Origin: Heterodontus francisci
Lineage: Eukaryota
Assembly: GCF_036365525.1 (NCBI RefSeq)
Contig: NC_090376.1
Coordinates: forward strand, 1,423,802 to 1,487,801
Reading direction: 5' to 3'
DNA length: 64,000 nucleotides
In this document: positions 13,670 to 25,497 of the stretch, piece by piece
Numbering within the stretch: the stretch's first letter is position 1
How the letters are laid out: every line of letters begins with the position of its first letter
Translations under genes and position numbers: made by a program
The notes under the pieces: model-generated
Database searches by the model: none
What the model was told of the DNA's origin: nothing
Seen by the model: only the letters and a program-made list of their open reading frames with translations

Positions 13670-14675
13670 AGAACCATAGACGTTATGGCACAGAAGGAGG
13701 CCATTCAACCCATCGTGTCTGGATGGCTGAAAAAACTAGCCACTATCTAATCCCACCTTCCAGCACCTGGTCCGTAGCCTTGCATGTGACAGCACGTCAG
13801 GTGCATGTCCAGGTACCTTTTAAATGAGTTGAGGATTTCTGCCTCCACCACTGATCCGGGCAGTGAATTCCAGACCTTCTGAGTGAAAAAGTTTTTCCTC
13901 ATGTCCCCTCTAATCCTTCTACCAATCACCTTAAATCTGTGCCCCCTTGTAATTGACCTCTCCGCTAGGGGAAACAGGTCCTTCCTGTCTACTCTATCTA
14001 GGCGCTTATAATTTTGTACACCCGTATTAAGTCACCCCTCAGCCTCCTCTGTTCTAAGGAAAACAACCCGAGCCTATCCAATCTTTCCTCATAGCTGCAA
14101 CTTTTGAGCCCTGGCAACATTCTTGTAAATCTCCTCTGTACTCTCTCCTGAGCAATTATGTCCTTCCTATAATGTGGTGACCAGAACTGTACACAATACT
14201 CCAACTGTGGCCTAACCAGCATTTTATACAGTTCCAGCATTACATCCCTGCTTTTTTGATTTAGATTTAGAGATACAGCACTGAAACAGGCCCTTTGGCC
14301 CACCGAGTCTGTGCCGACCATTAACCACCCATTTATACTAATCCTACACTAATCCCATATTCCTACCACATCCCCACCTGTCCCTATATTCCCCTACCAC
14401 CTACCTATACTAGGGGCAATTTATAATGGCCAATTTACCTATCAACCTGCAAGTCTTTGGGCTGTGGGAGGAAACTGCTTTTGTATTCTAAACCTCGGCC
14501 AATTAAGAAAAACATTCCATATGCCTTCTTCACCACTCTATCTACCTGTCCTGCCACCTTCAGAGACCTGTGGGCATACACTCCAAGGTCTCTCACTTCC
14601 TCTACCCCTCTCAATATCCTCCCGTTTATTGTGTATTCCCTCGCTTTGTTTGCCCTCCCCAAATGCATTACCTCA
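13670..14675 (-). mobile_element. CR1 3' fragment containing a truncated HE1-like SINE (14258-14476)
   Basis: LVRPQLEYCVQFWSPHYRKD ORF; the SINE tail is identical in type to 2400-2600. Confidence 0.85.
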
Positions 14676-14722
14676 TACATCCCCTTTCACTTGTTCCGAA
14701 CCTATTATGTTTCTAACCTCCC

Positions 14723-14759
14723 AGTTCTGATGAAGGATCACAGACCTGAAACATTAACT
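14723..14759 (+). ncRNA. Minimal type I hammerhead ribozyme motif (Penelope-associated, probably decayed)
   Basis: AGTT-CTGATGA-AGG..CCT-GAAA-CATT-AACT: catalytic core boxes, stem II, and helix I AGTT/AACT. Confidence 0.55.
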
Positions 14760-14959
14760 CTGTTTCTATCCCCATTGATGCTGCCAGACCTGCTGAGTAT
14801 TTCTGGCATTTTCTGCTTTTAATCCCCAATCATCCCGTCTCCCAAAGAGTCTCTGGCAGACTGAGTAAGAGGAGCTCACACAAAGGGTTCATCTAGCGAC
14901 TGACTCTCCTTGTGTATGTTGAGGGTAAGAGCCATTGGAGTGATCATCCAAAGCTAGAC

Positions 14960-15400
14960 AACCATCAATTCGGTGAAAGACCCTCTTTGGTCTGCTCGAA
15001 ACTTGCTGGTCTTCCAAAGAGCTGCCAACGACCGAGTATTGCAGACTGGCACATTCCAAGGTCCAGGACCACATGCTGAGGGTTGCACTAAAACTTGGGG
15101 CAGACGCCACAAAGGCTCAATGGGGAAAGGCCAGTGTGTAAGGTCCTCCTGCCGTAGTGAACCGAGGGGCTGGAACCCGTGTAAAACCCCTCAGGCTGTA
15201 TACACCAGAGAGTGCTTTTGGTTTGTAATGCAAATGTACATTGCAAATATAACCTGGAATGGCAAGTGTGGTGAGGCACCTCGTGTTCTGTATTGAAAGA
15301 AACTGATCTGTCCTGCACTTTATGAAATGTCTGATTTGAATTGTTTTATAATGTATTTTTTTTACAAATTTGATGATAAAGTATATTTTTGAGGGAGAAA
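14960..15400 (+). mobile_element. Tx1-clade 3' end (second family)
   Basis: TINSVKDPLWSARNLLVFQ, near-identical to 25050-25110; AT-rich 3' UTR. Confidence 0.8.
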
Positions 15401-15779
15401 TAGAGAAGAGCACAGTCTGTGCTGACTGCTCACCAGCTCTGCTCTGATACACCCACCCATTACCCATTGGTAATTGGGGACTGGACTGGCACCATCACCC
15501 ACGCAGGCTGATGCACCCTCTTCCCTCCCTCTGTCCTTCCCTCCCTCCCTCCATCATCCCCTCTGTCCTTCCCTCCCCCATCTTCACCCTTCCTCTCTCC
15601 GTCCTTCCCTCTGTCATCTCCCTCCCTCCCTCTGTCCTTCCCTTCCTCATGCCCTCCCTCCCTCCCTCACTCATGCTCTCCCACACTCCTTCCCTTGCTT
15701 TGTCCCTCCAAAGATCCACACCGTGATCTGCCTCGGTCGCAATTTGATGGAGCTCAGGTGCCAGTTGAGGTTTCCTCAC

Positions 15780-17279
15780 CTGTTCCTCGCCGTTTCCCTG
15801 AGGGGACTTTGCTCGGAAGCTCCTACGAACACTGAGCCGATTCTGATCATCTTTGCGGCCAAACAGCTCCTCCATTCTTTTGGTGTCGATGTCGAAGTTC
15901 TCGGGACATTTATCGACGGTCCAGATGTTCTGCTTCCCAACCACACGGTGTTGGGGAAGAGCATCCCAGTTAAAGTTCCTCAGTGTGGATCGGCGGCTCA
16001 CTCCGAACCTCCGAAAACCTCCCGGAGGAGGAGGAGGGGGAGGGNNNNNNNNNNNNNNNNNNNNNNNNNNNNNNNNNNNNNNNNNNNNNNNNNNNNNNNN
16101 NNNNNNNNNNNNNNNNNNNNNNNNNNNNNNNNNNNNNNNNNNNNNNNNNNNNNNNNNNNNNNNNNNNNNNNNNNNNNNNNNNNNNNNNNNNNNNNNNNNN
16201 NNNNNNNNNNNNNNNNNNNNNNNNNNNNNNNNNNNNNNNNNNNNNNNNNNNNNNNNNNNNNNNNNNNNNNNNNNNNNNNNNNNNNNNNNNNNNNNNNNNN
16301 NNNNNNNNNNNNNNNNNNNNNNNNNNNGAGGGGGACAGGAAGGGGGAAGGGAAGGGGGAGGGGGACCAAATCCAGCCAGCTGGGAGGCAGAGGGTGGCTG
16401 CCCTTGGTTGCCAAGCTGGGGAGGAGGGGGCAGTTGCCCTTGGTTACAGGGCTTGGGGGAAGGGGGTGGTTGCCCTTGGTTACTGGACTTGGGGGGAGGG
16501 GGCGATTGCCCTTGGTTATCAGACTGGGGGGAAGGTGGCGGTTGCCCTTGGTTACCGAACTGGAGAGGAGGGGGCGTTTGCCCTTGGTTACTGGGCTTGG
16601 GGGGAGGGGGATGTTGCTCTGGGTTATCGTGCTTGGGGGAAGGGGGAGGTTGCCCTTGGTTACTGGGCTTGGAGGGAGGGGGCAGTTGCCCTTGGTTATC
16701 AGACTGGAGAGGAGGGGGCGTTTGCCCTTGGTTACTGGGCTTGGGGGGAGGGGGAGGTTGCTCTTGGTTACTGGCCTTGGGGGGAGAGGGCAATTGCCCT
16801 TGTTTACTGGGCTTGTGGGGAGGGAGCAGTTGCCCTTGGTTATCAGACTGGGGGGAAGGTGGTGGTTGCCCTTGGTAACCAGACTGGAGAGGAGGGGGCG
16901 TTTGTCCTTGGTTACCGGGCTTGGGGGGAGGGGGAGGTTGCCCTTGGTTGGCAGGCTGGGGGGTAGGGAGCAGTTGCCCTTGGTTACAGGGCTCGGGGGG
17001 AGGGACGTGTTGCCCTTGGTTACAGGGCTCGGGGGGAGGGGCTTGTTGCCCTTGGTCACAGGGCTGGGGGCAAGGGGCTTGTTGCCCTTGGTTACAGGGC
17101 TTGGGGGGAGGGGCTTTTTGCCCTTGGTTACAGGGCTCGGGGGGAGGGGCTTGTTGCCCTTGGTTACCGGGCTGGGGAGGAGGGGATGAAGCTGATGTCG
17201 ATTTTCCAGAAGAATCAGGAGAAAGGGGAAGTCTGAGGTCCAAATCTGAAGTTACCATGGTTACATGGGCCTTTTCCAT
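15780..17279 (-). CDS. FHDC1-like (INF1-type) formin, first coding exon: FH1 repeats and start of FH2; spans the N gap 16045-16327
   Basis: ATG at 17279 in a strong Kozak context (aacATGG); acceptor tttcctctttcag at 17446; translation ..PPPPPPPGGF..LRNFNWDALPQHRVVGKQNIWT..IDTKRMEELFG..EEQ|gtgagg matches FHDC1 MRSFFWKTIPEEQVRGKTNIWT..IDTKTIEELFG..REE| including the intron position. Confidence 0.9.
16398..17189 (-). repeat. Coding 36-bp tandem repeat, 22 units (xxPPPKPxNQGQ)
   Basis: ttgcccttggtta recurs every 36 bp with no indels. Confidence 0.95.
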
Positions 17280-18559
17280 GTTCGATGACAATCCGATTGG
17301 GTAGTTTCCAACAGCAAACCAGAAAAAAAACAATTCACATCATGTCCAGGGAGGAAAAGGCATCTTTCCAGGAATATCGGAGAGTTTAACACCAACAGGA
17401 GCAGAATGACGGAACTTCAAACCAACCAATCAATTTCCACAGCTCCTGAAAGAGGAAACACATCGTCAAGGTCGTCAATAACAACTTATGTTTATATAGC
17501 ACCTTTAACATAATAAAATATTATAAGAGCTCCACAGGAGCAATATCAAACAAAATATAACACCAAAGCATATAAGGGGATATTTGGACAGATGACCAAA
17601 AGCCTTGTCAAAGAGGTAGGTTTTAAAGATCATCNNNNNNNNNNNNNNNNNNNNNNNNNNNNNNNNNNNNNNNNNNNNNNNNNNNNNNNNNNNNNNNNNN
17701 NNNNNNNNNNNNNNNNNNNNNNNNNNNNNNNNNNNNNNNNNNNNNNNNNNNNNNNNNNNNNNNNNNNNNNNNNNNNNNNNNNNNNNNNNNNNNNNNNNNN
17801 NNNNNNNNNNNNNNNNNNNNNNNNNNNNNNNNNNNNNNNNNNNNNNNNNNNNNNNNNNNNNNNNNNNNNNNNNNNNNNNNNNNNNNNNNNNNNNNNNNNN
17901 NNNNNNNNNNNNNNNNNNNNNNNNNNNNNNNNNNNNNNNNNNNNNNNNNNNNNNNNNNNNNNNNNNNNNNNNNNNNNNNNNNNNAGGGAAAAAGGCAAGT
18001 GAGAGGGAAGGAGGGAGGGAGGGAGGGATTAAAATTGGACACTCAAGAGAAGTCAAGAGAATCAGAAGACGGAGCTTCCAACACCAGAAATAATGACGGA
18101 ACAAGGCCATTAGTCCAATCTCTACCTTCCTCCACAGTCCTTGTACACTCTCCCCGATCACAGACTCGCTCCACCCAGTAAAATCTGGTTCGCAGTGAGT
18201 GTCAGTAGCTTCCGGAGAGGAGGGGGCCTGAATCCCAGCAGGAATTGGGGTAGTGAGAAGCAGATATTGGAGATGATTTGATGTAAAACAGGCAGAGAGA
18301 GCTGAAGCCAGAGGTGAAACTAAAAGGAAGGAGTCAGACGCAGGCACATGTACAGAGCAATGAGCAAGAGTGAGCTGAGACTGCCCAAGGGCTCCACACC
18401 CACCTCCATTAACACCGTCAACAAACAAAACTATATCCAGGCTCAGACCAGCCCAGGTAACTTAAAGGGACAGGCACATCCTTTAACGACAAAACCATGT
18501 AGTGGTTTAAAAGGAGCAAGAGGCAGCTCTGTCAGTTCAGCACTCAGAGGGGCAGAGGG

Positions 18560-19370
18560 CTGTGCTTAACCACTGTAAACAGCCTCATGTTGAGGCAATG
18601 AGAAAGGGTTAATTAATAATCTAGTGGTAAAAGAACCATTAGGGAAAAGTGACCATAGTATGACCGAATTTTCCGTTAACTTTGAAAAAGATGTAGTTCA
18701 ATCTGAAACTAGGGTCTTAAATCTTTGGTAGGAGGAACGGAAATGCAGAGTATTTCTTAACTGGTGAGAGATTGAAAAGTGTTGATGTCCACAGGGACCT
18801 GGGTGTCCTTGTTCATAAGTCACTGAAAGCTAGCATGCAGATGTAGCAAGCAATTAGGACGGCAAATGGTATGTCATAGAGGGAGTGCAGCAGACTGATT
18901 CCTGGGATGGCGGGACTGTCCGATGAGGAGAGATTGAGGAGATTGGGCCTGTATTCTCTGGAGTTTAGAAGAATGAAAGGTGATCTCATTGAAACGTACA
19001 AAATTCTTAAAGGAATAGATAGGGTAGATGCAGAAAGGATGTTTCCCCTGGCTGTGGGGCCTAAAACCAGGGGACACAATCTCAGAATAAAAGGCAAGCC
19101 ATTTAGGACTGAGATGAGGAACTTCTTCACTCAGATGGTGGTGAATCTTTGGAATTCTCTGCCCCAGAGGGTGGTGGAAGCTCAGTCACTGAGTAAGTTC
19201 AAGACAGAGATCGATAGATTTCTAGTTGCTAATGACATCAAGGAATATGGGGATAGTGCGGGAATATGGTGTTGGGGTAGATGATCAGCCATGATCTAGA
19301 ATGGCAGAGCAGTCTAGAATGGCAGAGCAGGCTCGGAGGGCTGAATGGCCTACTCCTATGTTTCCTCTGT
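18560..19370 (+). mobile_element. CR1 fragments with 3' end
   Basis: EERLRRLGLYSLEFRRMKGDLIETYKIL..WNSLP. Confidence 0.85.
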
Positions 19371-19447
19371 AGGACTCACTCACCCAGGTCAAATCTTGGA
19401 CAAAACAATCCTGAAACTGAAATATAATCATTGTTAAAGATGGTGGT

Positions 19448-19920
19448 ACTGAACCCTCTGATCCTGGGTACAGGGAGTGACCCCCCCCTCTGACCCTGGG
19501 TACAGGGACTGACCCCACTCCAACCCCAGGTACAGGGACTGACCCCCCTCTGACCCCGGGTACAGGGACTGACCCCGCTCCGACCCCGGGTACAGGGACT
19601 GAACCCCCTCTGACCCTGGGTACAGGGACTGACCCCCCAACCCCAGGTACAGGAACTGACCTCCCTCTGACCACAGGGACTGACCCCCCTCTGACCCTGG
19701 GTACAGGGACTGACCCCCGCCCAACCCCAGGTACAGGAACTGACCTCCCTCTGACCACAGGGACTGACCCCCCTCTGACCCTGGGTACAGGGACTGACCC
19801 CCGCCCAACCCCAGGTACAGGGACTGACCTCCCTCTGACCATGGGTACAGGGATTGACCCCCCTCTGACCCCAGGTACAGGGACTGACCTCCCTCTGACC
19901 ATGGGTACAGGGACTGACAC
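19448..19920. repeat. ~30-bp minisatellite (gggtacagggactgacccccctctgacccc)
   Basis: Direct inspection, about 16 units with variants. Confidence 0.9.
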
Positions 19921-20139
19921 CAACTAGAGTGTCCCTGCCCCTACCCCACACACTCTCTCCTGGGATGGGAAGCATTGATCCTGAGCCGGACACACCGCTG
20001 CTCCCAGTTGCTGCTGATCAGTTTGAACCCAGATCAAACCTGGTCCTGAACGAAAACTTTACTCACATTTCACCAGAAACTATTTGTCTGGGAGCTTCAG
20101 TGTGCATGCCCTCCTCCCGCAGAGATGAACAGCCAGTGG

Positions 20140-20745
20140 CCAGCAGATCCTCCCAACAGAAACCAGAATCCAGCAGCTCCTCCCAACAGAAATCAGAATC
20201 CAGCAGCTCCTCTGAACAGAAACCAGAATCCAGCAGCTCCTCCCAGAAGAAACTAGAATCCAGCAGCTCCTCCCAACAGAAAACAGAATCTAGCAGCTTT
20301 CAGAAACCAGATTCCAGCAGCTCATCCCAACAGAAACGAGAATCCAGCAGCTCCTCCCAACAGAAACCAGAATCCAGCAGCTTTCAGAAACCAGATTCCA
20401 GCAGCTCCTCCCAACAGAAACCAGAATCCAGCAGCTCCTCCCAACAGAAACCAGAATCCAGCAGCTCCTTCCAAAATAAACCAGATTCCAGCAGCTTCTC
20501 CCAACAGAAACCAGAATCCAGCAGCTCATCCCAACAGAAACGAGAATCCAGCAGCTCCTCCCAACAGAAACCAGAATCCAGCAGCTCCTCCCAACAGAAA
20601 CCAGAATCTAGCAGCTTTCAGAAACCAGATTCCAGCAGCTTCTCCCAACAGAAAACAGAATCCAGCAGCTCATCCTTTCAGAAACCAGAATCCAGCAGCT
20701 CCTCCCAACAGAAACCAGAATCCAGCTGCTCCTCCCAACAGAACA
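20140..20745. repeat. 30-bp minisatellite (cagcagctcctcccaacagaaaccagaatc) with 24-bp deletion variants
   Basis: Direct inspection, about 21 units. Confidence 0.92.
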
Positions 20746-21795
20746 AGTAGACATGACAGTGAATGATAAGATGACTAATGAGATAAGTGCATTTAAAATA
20801 AAAAACGTATTGTTTAAACTAATCAAACTCAATAAGCATACCACCCCTGGTCGGGATGGATTGCATCCACACATTTTAACGGAATCCGGGGAAGAGATAG
20901 CAGAGGCATTTTTAATAATTCATCAGAAAAGGTGCAGTGCCAGAAGACTATCTGATAATTAATATAATTCTTATATTTAAGAAGGGGGACAGAACAGCAC
21001 AGGGAATGATAGAGCAGTCAGCATATCATGGGTGGTAGGAAAAATAATGGAATCCCTACCAAAGGAGAGAAGAGAACATCTAGAAAAGAAAAATCTAACA
21101 ATGAGTAGCACGGATTTCAAAAGGGAAAAACTTGCTTGACCAACTTTATTGAATTTTTGAGGAGCTAACAGAGAGAATAGACAATGGTCATGCAGTAGAT
21201 GTAATTTATCTAGATTTTCAAAAGGACTTTGATAAGATGCCCCATAATAGACTAATGGATAATGTCAGAGAATGTGGAGTCAGCGGACAAGTGTCAGAAT
21301 CGATTGTGAGCTGGCTTCAAAACAGAAAGCAGAGAGTGGAAGTAAAGGATAATTATTCCGAGCGGCAGAAGGTTCCACAAGGATAAGAGCTGGGAACACT
21401 GCTGTTCACAATTTATATTAACAATTTGGACTTCAGAGTCAAAAACACAATTTCTAAATTTGCGGATGACGCTGAATTGGGGGGGTGGGGGTGGGTGAAG
21501 TCAATACTGCAACAGATTACAGAAGTATGTTAATAAAGGTGCAGAATCATAGTCATAGAGTTATTACAGCACAGAGGAAAGCCATTCGGCCCATTAAGCC
21601 CATACCAGTTCTCCACGGAGCAATCCAGTCAGTCCCAACCCACCGCACGATCCCCCTAACTCTGCAAGTCTATTTTTCTCAGGTGACAATCCGACTTCCT
21701 GTTGAAGTGACTGATCGTCTCCGCTTCCACCCCCCTCATGGGCAGCGAATTCCAGGTCATTACCACCGACTGTGTAAAAAAGTGCTTCCTCATAG

Positions 21796-23662
21796 GGGTA
21801 GGCAGTGGCATAGTGGTATTATCACAGGACTAGTAACCCAGAGACCCAGGGTATTTCTCTGGGAACATGGGTTCGAATCCCACCACAGCAGAAGGCGGAA
21901 TGTGAATTTAATTAATAAATCTGGAATTAAAAGCTAGTCTAATGATGGCCATGAAACCATTGTCGATTGTTTGCAACAATCTTCAGCCAGAAGTGCCGAG
22001 TTGATGATCCATCTTGGCCTCCGCCTGAAGTCCCCAGCATCACAGATGCCAGACTTCAGCCAATTCGATTCACTCCGCGTGATATCAAGAAACGACTGAA
22101 GGCACTGGATACTGCAAAAGCTATGGGTCCTGACAATATTCCAGCAATAGTACTGAAGACCTGTGCTCCAGAAATTGCCGTGCCCCTAGCCAAGCTGTTC
22201 CAGTACAGCGACAACACTGGCAACTACCCTGCAATGTGGAAAATTGCCCAGGTATGTCCTGTACACAAAAAGCAGGACAAGTCCAACCCGGCCAATTACC
22301 GCCCCATCAGCCTACTCTCAATCATCAGTAAAGTTATGGAAGGTGTCATCAACAGTGCCATCAAGCGGCACTTGCTTAGCAATAACCTGCTCGGTGACGC
22401 TCAGTTTGGGTTCTGCCAGGGCCACTCAGCTCCTGACCTCATTACAGCCTTGGTTCAAACATGGACAAAAGAGCTGAACTCCAGAGGTGAGGTGAGAGTG
22501 ACTGCCCTTGACATCAAGGCAGCATTTGACCGAGTATGGCATCAAGGAGCAAAACTGAGGTCAATGGGAATCAGGGGGAAAACCCTTTGCTGGCTGGAGT
22601 CATACCTAGCGCAAAGGAAGATGGTTATGGTTGTTGGAGGTCAATCATCTGAGCTCCAGGACATCACTGCAGGAGTTCCTCAGGGTGTCCTAGGCCCAAC
22701 CATCTTCAGCTGCTTCATCAATGACATTCCTTCAATCATAAGGTCAGAAGTGGGGATGTTCGCTGATGATTGCACAATGTTCAGCACCATTCGTGACTCC
22801 TCAGATACTGAAGCAGTCCGTGTAGAAATGCAGCAAGACCGGGACAATATCCAGGCTTGGGCTGAGAAGTGGCAAGTAACATTCGCGCCACACAAGTGCC
22901 AGACAATGGCCATCTCCAACAAGAGAGAATCTAACCATCTCCCCTTGACATTCAACAGCATTACCATCGCTGAATCCCCCACTATCAACATCCTGGGGGC
23001 TACCATTGACCAGAAACTGAACTGGAGTAGCCATATAAATACCTTGGCTACAAGAGCAGGTCAGAGGCTAGGAATCCTGAGGTGAGTAACTCACCTCCTG
23101 ATTCCCCAAAGCCTGTCCACCATCTACAAGGTACAAGTCAGGAGTGTGATGGAATACTCTCCACTTGCCACTTGGATGGGTGCAGCTCCAACACACTCAA
23201 GAAGCTCGACACTATCCAGGACAAAGCAGCCCGCTTGATTGGCACCCCATCTACAAACATCCACTCCCTTCACCACCGACGCACAGTGGCAGCAGTGTGT
23301 ACCATCTACAAGATGCACTGCAGCAATGCACCAAGGATCCTTAGACAGCACCTTCCAAACCCGCAACCTCTACCAACTAGAAGGACAAGGGCGGCAAATA
23401 CATGGGAATACCACCACCTGCAAGTTTCCCTCCAAGTCACACACCATCCTGACTTGGAACTATATCGCTGTTCCTTCATTGTCGCTGTATCAAAATCCTG
23501 GAACTCCCTTCCTAACAGCACTGCGGATGTACATACCCCAAATGGACAGCAGCGGCTCAAGAAGGCAGCTCACCACCACCTTCTCAAGGGCAGTTAGGGA
23601 TGGACAATAAATGTTGGCCTGGCCAGCGACGCCCACATCCCATGAATGAATAAAAAAAAAAA
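21796..23662 (+). mobile_element. SINE 5' head (21796-21966) joined to the 3' 1.7 kb of an L2/CR1-group LINE with poly-A
   Basis: 372-aa ORF with KAMGPDNIP, NYRPISLL, ALDIKAAFDRVWH, GVPQG, FADD; ends atgaatgaataaaaaaaaa. Confidence 0.88.
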
Positions 23663-24791
23663 TTCCCCCTGTATCTCCTGCACAAAACCTTCAATCTGTT
23701 TCCCGAGTCCTTGTATCATTAATTAATGGGAACAGTTTTTCCTTGTCTAACTTATCTAAGCCTGTTATAATCTTCTACACTTCTATTAAATCTCCCCTCA
23801 ATCTCCTTTGTTCTAAGGAGAACAATCTCAGCTTTCCCAACCTAACCTTGTAACTAAAATCCTCCATCTCTGGAACCATTCTGGTAAATCTCCTCTGCAC
23901 CCTCTCAAGGACCCTCACATCCTTCCTGAAGTGTGGTGACCAGAACTGGACTCAATACTCCATTGGGGCCTAACCAGAGCTTTATAAAGGTTCACCATAA
24001 CTTCCCTGCTTTTGTACTCAATGCCTCTATTTATGAAGCCCAAGATCCCATATACTTTACTAACCACTCTCTCAATATGTCCTGTCACCTTCTAAGATCG
24101 ATGCACATGCACGCCCAGGTCCGTCTGTTCCTACACACTCTTTCGAATTGTGCCTTTAAGTATATATTGCCTCTCCCTATTCTTTCTGTCAAAATGCATC
24201 ACCTCACACTTCTCTGTATGAAATTCCATCTGCCACCTCTCTGTCCATTCTGCTAGCCTATCTATGTCCTGTTGCTAGTGGTTCATTTCATCCTCACTGT
24301 TTGCCTCACCTCCAAGTTTGGTGTCATTGGCAAATTTTGAGATTCTATTCTGTATTCCAAGATCCAAGCAAGTTATAATGGGTAAGTAATTGGTAAATGA
24401 AGTTCAACACAGATAAATGTGACATTGTACATTTTGGCAGGAAGAATAGAGAGATCTTATCACTTAGAAGTGGAGTCTCGGTGGGGTAGAGAAACAGAGG
24501 GGTCTCAGAGTGCAAATACACCAATCACTAAAAGTTGCACCACAGGTTAACAAGGCCATAAAAAAAAGCAAACCAAGCACCAGGCTTTATTTCTAGAGGA
24601 ATAGAATTGAAAAGTAGGAAATTTATGCTAAATGTGTATCGAACCTTAGTTCGACCACATTTAAGAGTACTGTGTGCAGTTCAGTCACTATATTATAAAG
24701 AGGATATAGATAGGGTGCAGAGAACATTTACAAGGATGATACCAGAAATATGTGGGTCTACATATCAGGAAAGGATTGACAGACTGGGTCT

Positions 24792-25497
24792 GAGAAGGGC
24801 CCTCCCCGTCAGATCCTTTCTGCACGCCCGAAGTCTCGCCCCCTCCGCACAATGCCCCTGCGGTGGCTGTGGTGGGGAAGAGACGGTTGCTCACCTCCTC
24901 CTGGAATATGTCTTTGAAAAGCAGGTGTGGAAAGAGATGCAGTGGTTTTTGTCGAGGTTCATCCCAAGCAGCTCTGTAACACAGGAGTCTGTGCTCTACG
25001 GGCTGTTCCCAGGGACGCACACCGAGACAAACATCAACTGCTGCTGGAGGACTATCAATTCGGTGAAAGACGCCCTTTGGTCTGCCCGAAACTTGCTGGT
25101 CTTCCAGCGCAAAGAGTTGTCCACCACCGAATGTTGCAGACTGGCACATTCCAAGGTCCAGGACTACGTGCTGAGGGACGCACTAAAGCTTGGGTCAGCC
25201 GCAGCAAAGGCTCAATGGGGAAAGACCACAGCGTAAGGTCCCCCCCACCAAGATGAACTGAGGGGCTGGATCCATGGGAAACCCCTCAAACTCTTTCGGA
25301 AAAAATTTCATTTGCTGTAAAATGTAAAAATGTTAATGGCATGACAAATGAAATGGAAGGGTTGTGAGGCAACTCATGATTGTATTGAAGGAAACTGATC
25401 TCCCTTGCAATGTTTGTATTTTTTGGTGCTGTTTGAAACTGGTAATGTAATTTTTACAGATTTTTATGAATAAAGTATATTTTGGAAATAAAAAATA
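24792..25497 (+). mobile_element. 5'-truncated Tx1-clade element with an 11-bp TSD
   Basis: agactgggtct at 24781-24791 and 25498-25508; C-terminal CCHC-like motif CPCGGCGGEETVAHLL; AATAAA and A-rich tail. Confidence 0.9.

Larger units (their letters stand above)
13126..14820. mobile_element. Penelope-like element remnant: inverted RT piece (13126-13400, minus) plus 3' terminus (13400-13670 and 14675-14820, plus), split by a CR1
   Basis: Minus frame reads LLFTMDIQFIYISIPHRDGLRAL (Penelope RT motif MDxxSLYTSIPH); hammerhead core CTGATGA..GAAA at 14727-14751. Confidence 0.65.

Noticed and set aside
15474-17304. Plus-strand and alternative-frame ORFs over the 36-bp repeat
   Set aside because: Shadows of the formin exon; only the NQGQ frame links a Kozak ATG to FH2 sequence
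19929-20750. 273-aa Ser/Gln-rich ORF (SSSSQQKPES)n
   Set aside because: Translation of a 30-bp minisatellite; starts at GTG, has no recognisable domain, is antisense to the formin gene and runs into a CR1
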